Shown one piece after another: positions 61,921 through 64,000 of a stretch of 64,000 nucleotides of DNA (within the stretch, counting starts at the first letter, position 1; every line of letters begins with the position of its first letter). Source of the DNA: Chara braunii (taxonomy: Eukaryota; Plantae; Charophyceae); contig BFEA01000034.1 in NCBI GenBank assembly GCA_003427395.1, forward strand, positions 3,408,125 to 3,472,124. The letters are read 5' to 3'. The position numbers were made by a program, and so were the translations under genes. The notes below the pieces were generated by a model. It did not search any database. It was not told the DNA's origin and worked only from the letters and a program-made list of their open reading frames with translations.

Positions 61921-64000
61921 AAATACTGGGATGTGTCAAGAATAATTCATATGGGTAATCGACCCAACTACAATTCTCACCAATCATCCAATGCACCACC
62001 GCACGCCCCAACCACTCGTCAGACCATATTCGAGCCGCGCCACTCTTCACAAAACAACGCTCGTGCACTTTCTCATCAGCCAAACACCACTGCACTCTGT
62101 ATGGGACAAACAGCAGACCAGCTTCCTGCAGCTGTTTCGCAGCTGCCCTCCTCGCACGTCAGCTCCACATCGAACGTCTCCCACGCCTGAAACAGTTGCC
62201 CTCCTCGCACGTGAGCTCCACATCGAACGTCTCCCACGCCAGAAAACTCACATTTCCCAAAGCATTACCGAACCCAATGACAAGACCACACCAGGAATCC
62301 AATCAACATTCCTTTGTGTCCCATACCGACCCGCATCATCTTGAAAGTTGAAACCCATTACACTCCCAACCAAATCCCACCTGAAACAACACCATGTCCT
62401 GCAGCAGTACGCAACGCAGTAGCTGCAACCGAAAACGTATCAAATACTGCAACAAATAGCATCACACATCACTGTGGATGGACTGGAGCAAGGCAACAAT
62501 CACTGACACGGTTTGCCATCGGATGGCGTAGCCACTACAACTAATGCTCCAACAAACCAACCATCACAGCCCGACACAGCTCATCAGCCATCCGCCCGAC
62601 CAAAAGACGACTACCAGACGCCATCCGCAGGCATTCCTGCTGGACCATCTCAACAGCTTCCAGTCCTTGTTCAGAACCCCTCACAGACAGGCCTCGGTGC
62701 CTGCATTGCCAAGGCTCTGTCATCTCAATCTCCTCAGACAGACACATAGCTTAGACCACGACCTTCGAATTCCAGTTCTTATATGCGTAACGGGGTCCTG
62801 CCAGGGGCAACAATCGTCTAGTACATCGAGTTAGCCATCTACGGTGGTTCTCTTTGGGCTGGCTGACAAACTTAAGAAAGTTGAAACAAAAGCAGTTGAC
62901 CACAACACTCGATATAAACTTCGGAATTGATGTGAGATACTGAACAAGGTCGGTAGGTCACGTATACTAAATTACATGTCGTTCCGCCGCTTCGTTGATG
63001 AACCCGGTGTCGAACCCACAGAGCACATCTAGCAGGATTTCTTGCTTGCAAGAGGAGCAATTGAAATTTGAAAAATCTTTCCGGAAGTATCCCAACAGCT
63101 TGATTCCAGATTACGGTGACCTTGGTGATGCAGACGCAGTGATACACGCCATCATCGAATCGGAATACCACATGTCTCCGCTCCCAGCCATCCAACGCAT
63201 CTGCCGAAAGTATAGGCAGTACGTCCAAGACCATGATGCTGCATTCAATCAGATATGCACGACTTGAGTTGCTTGCTGACCAACTGCCTGACAAATGGAT
63301 GGTGCAAAATCCCTACCCCGGAGCACGTAACACTGACTCTTGCCGATTGCCACTTACCCAGAGAATAAACGTTGGGTTTCTCAAGCATATATATTATATT
63401 CGCATGCGCACACGAAAAAGATCATCGGACTCTCTTGCAGCTAACACTGACTCGGCCCGATTGCCATGTACCCACAGAATAACCATTGGGTTTCTCAAGC
63501 ATACATTCGCATGCGCACACGACAGAGATGATCGGACTCTCCTGCAGCTTTCTGCCATCACGGAACCAAACTCCTCCACATTCAAAACACCAAAGCAAAA
63601 CATGATCCCAAACATGCTGTCTCCCCCTCGTGCTCGTGCTCCTCATCACGTCCCGGGCAACTGAACAAAATGCCGCAGGACCGTTTGCTATCGTCAACAG
63701 GATTGATGCTCTCCACTATAGCAAACGGAACATGTGTTTGCTATCCACAGTTGGTCAACTGACACGCATGTGTTTGGTATTTGTCACTTGCCGGTGAAAT
63801 AGGGACCGAGCTGATGCTCTCCAGAGTGCAAATGGAGCCAGGCCCATGGGACGAAACTGACACGCATGTGTTTGGTATTTGTCACTTGCAAATGGAGCCA
63901 GGCCCTTTTTTTTCTAGGGGAAAGTAGGCGGTGGTCACAAAAACAGAACGAAATTGCATTACGAACACGGTTTTTGCAGTTTAGTCAGGGCCCGAGTTTG

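Overview
Eukaryotic, repeat-rich draft genomic DNA with N-gaps at about 1661-2301, 4719-4821, 5944-6252, 7469-7851 and 38494-39200. The gene is plant-type, its introns are long and filled with transposons, and (GA)n/(TA)n/(GT)n tracts are abundant. This suggests a streptophyte alga such as Chara (inference only). The main host gene is a 12-exon + strand LRR / EDR1-like / Ser-Thr kinase of the At1g04210-like Raf-related type (CDS 17482-54009, phase-consistent, about 1578 aa). Around and inside it lie a decayed L1-type LINE lacking its RT core, several MITE families, tRNA-derived SINE heads and a U6 snRNA copy, probably retroposed, antisense in an intron. The most notable signal is a family of short repeats carrying hammerhead-ribozyme cores (CUGANGA-stem II-GAAA). 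There are at least 7 core-containing copies plus 3' fragments, most abutting (TA)n tracts. One copy (45427-45481) folds as a complete type III hammerhead in the sense strand of a kinase intron, and two form a 149-bp inverted repeat. A second notable feature is a TIR transposon group with ACCAC...GTGGT ends flanked by TTAA.
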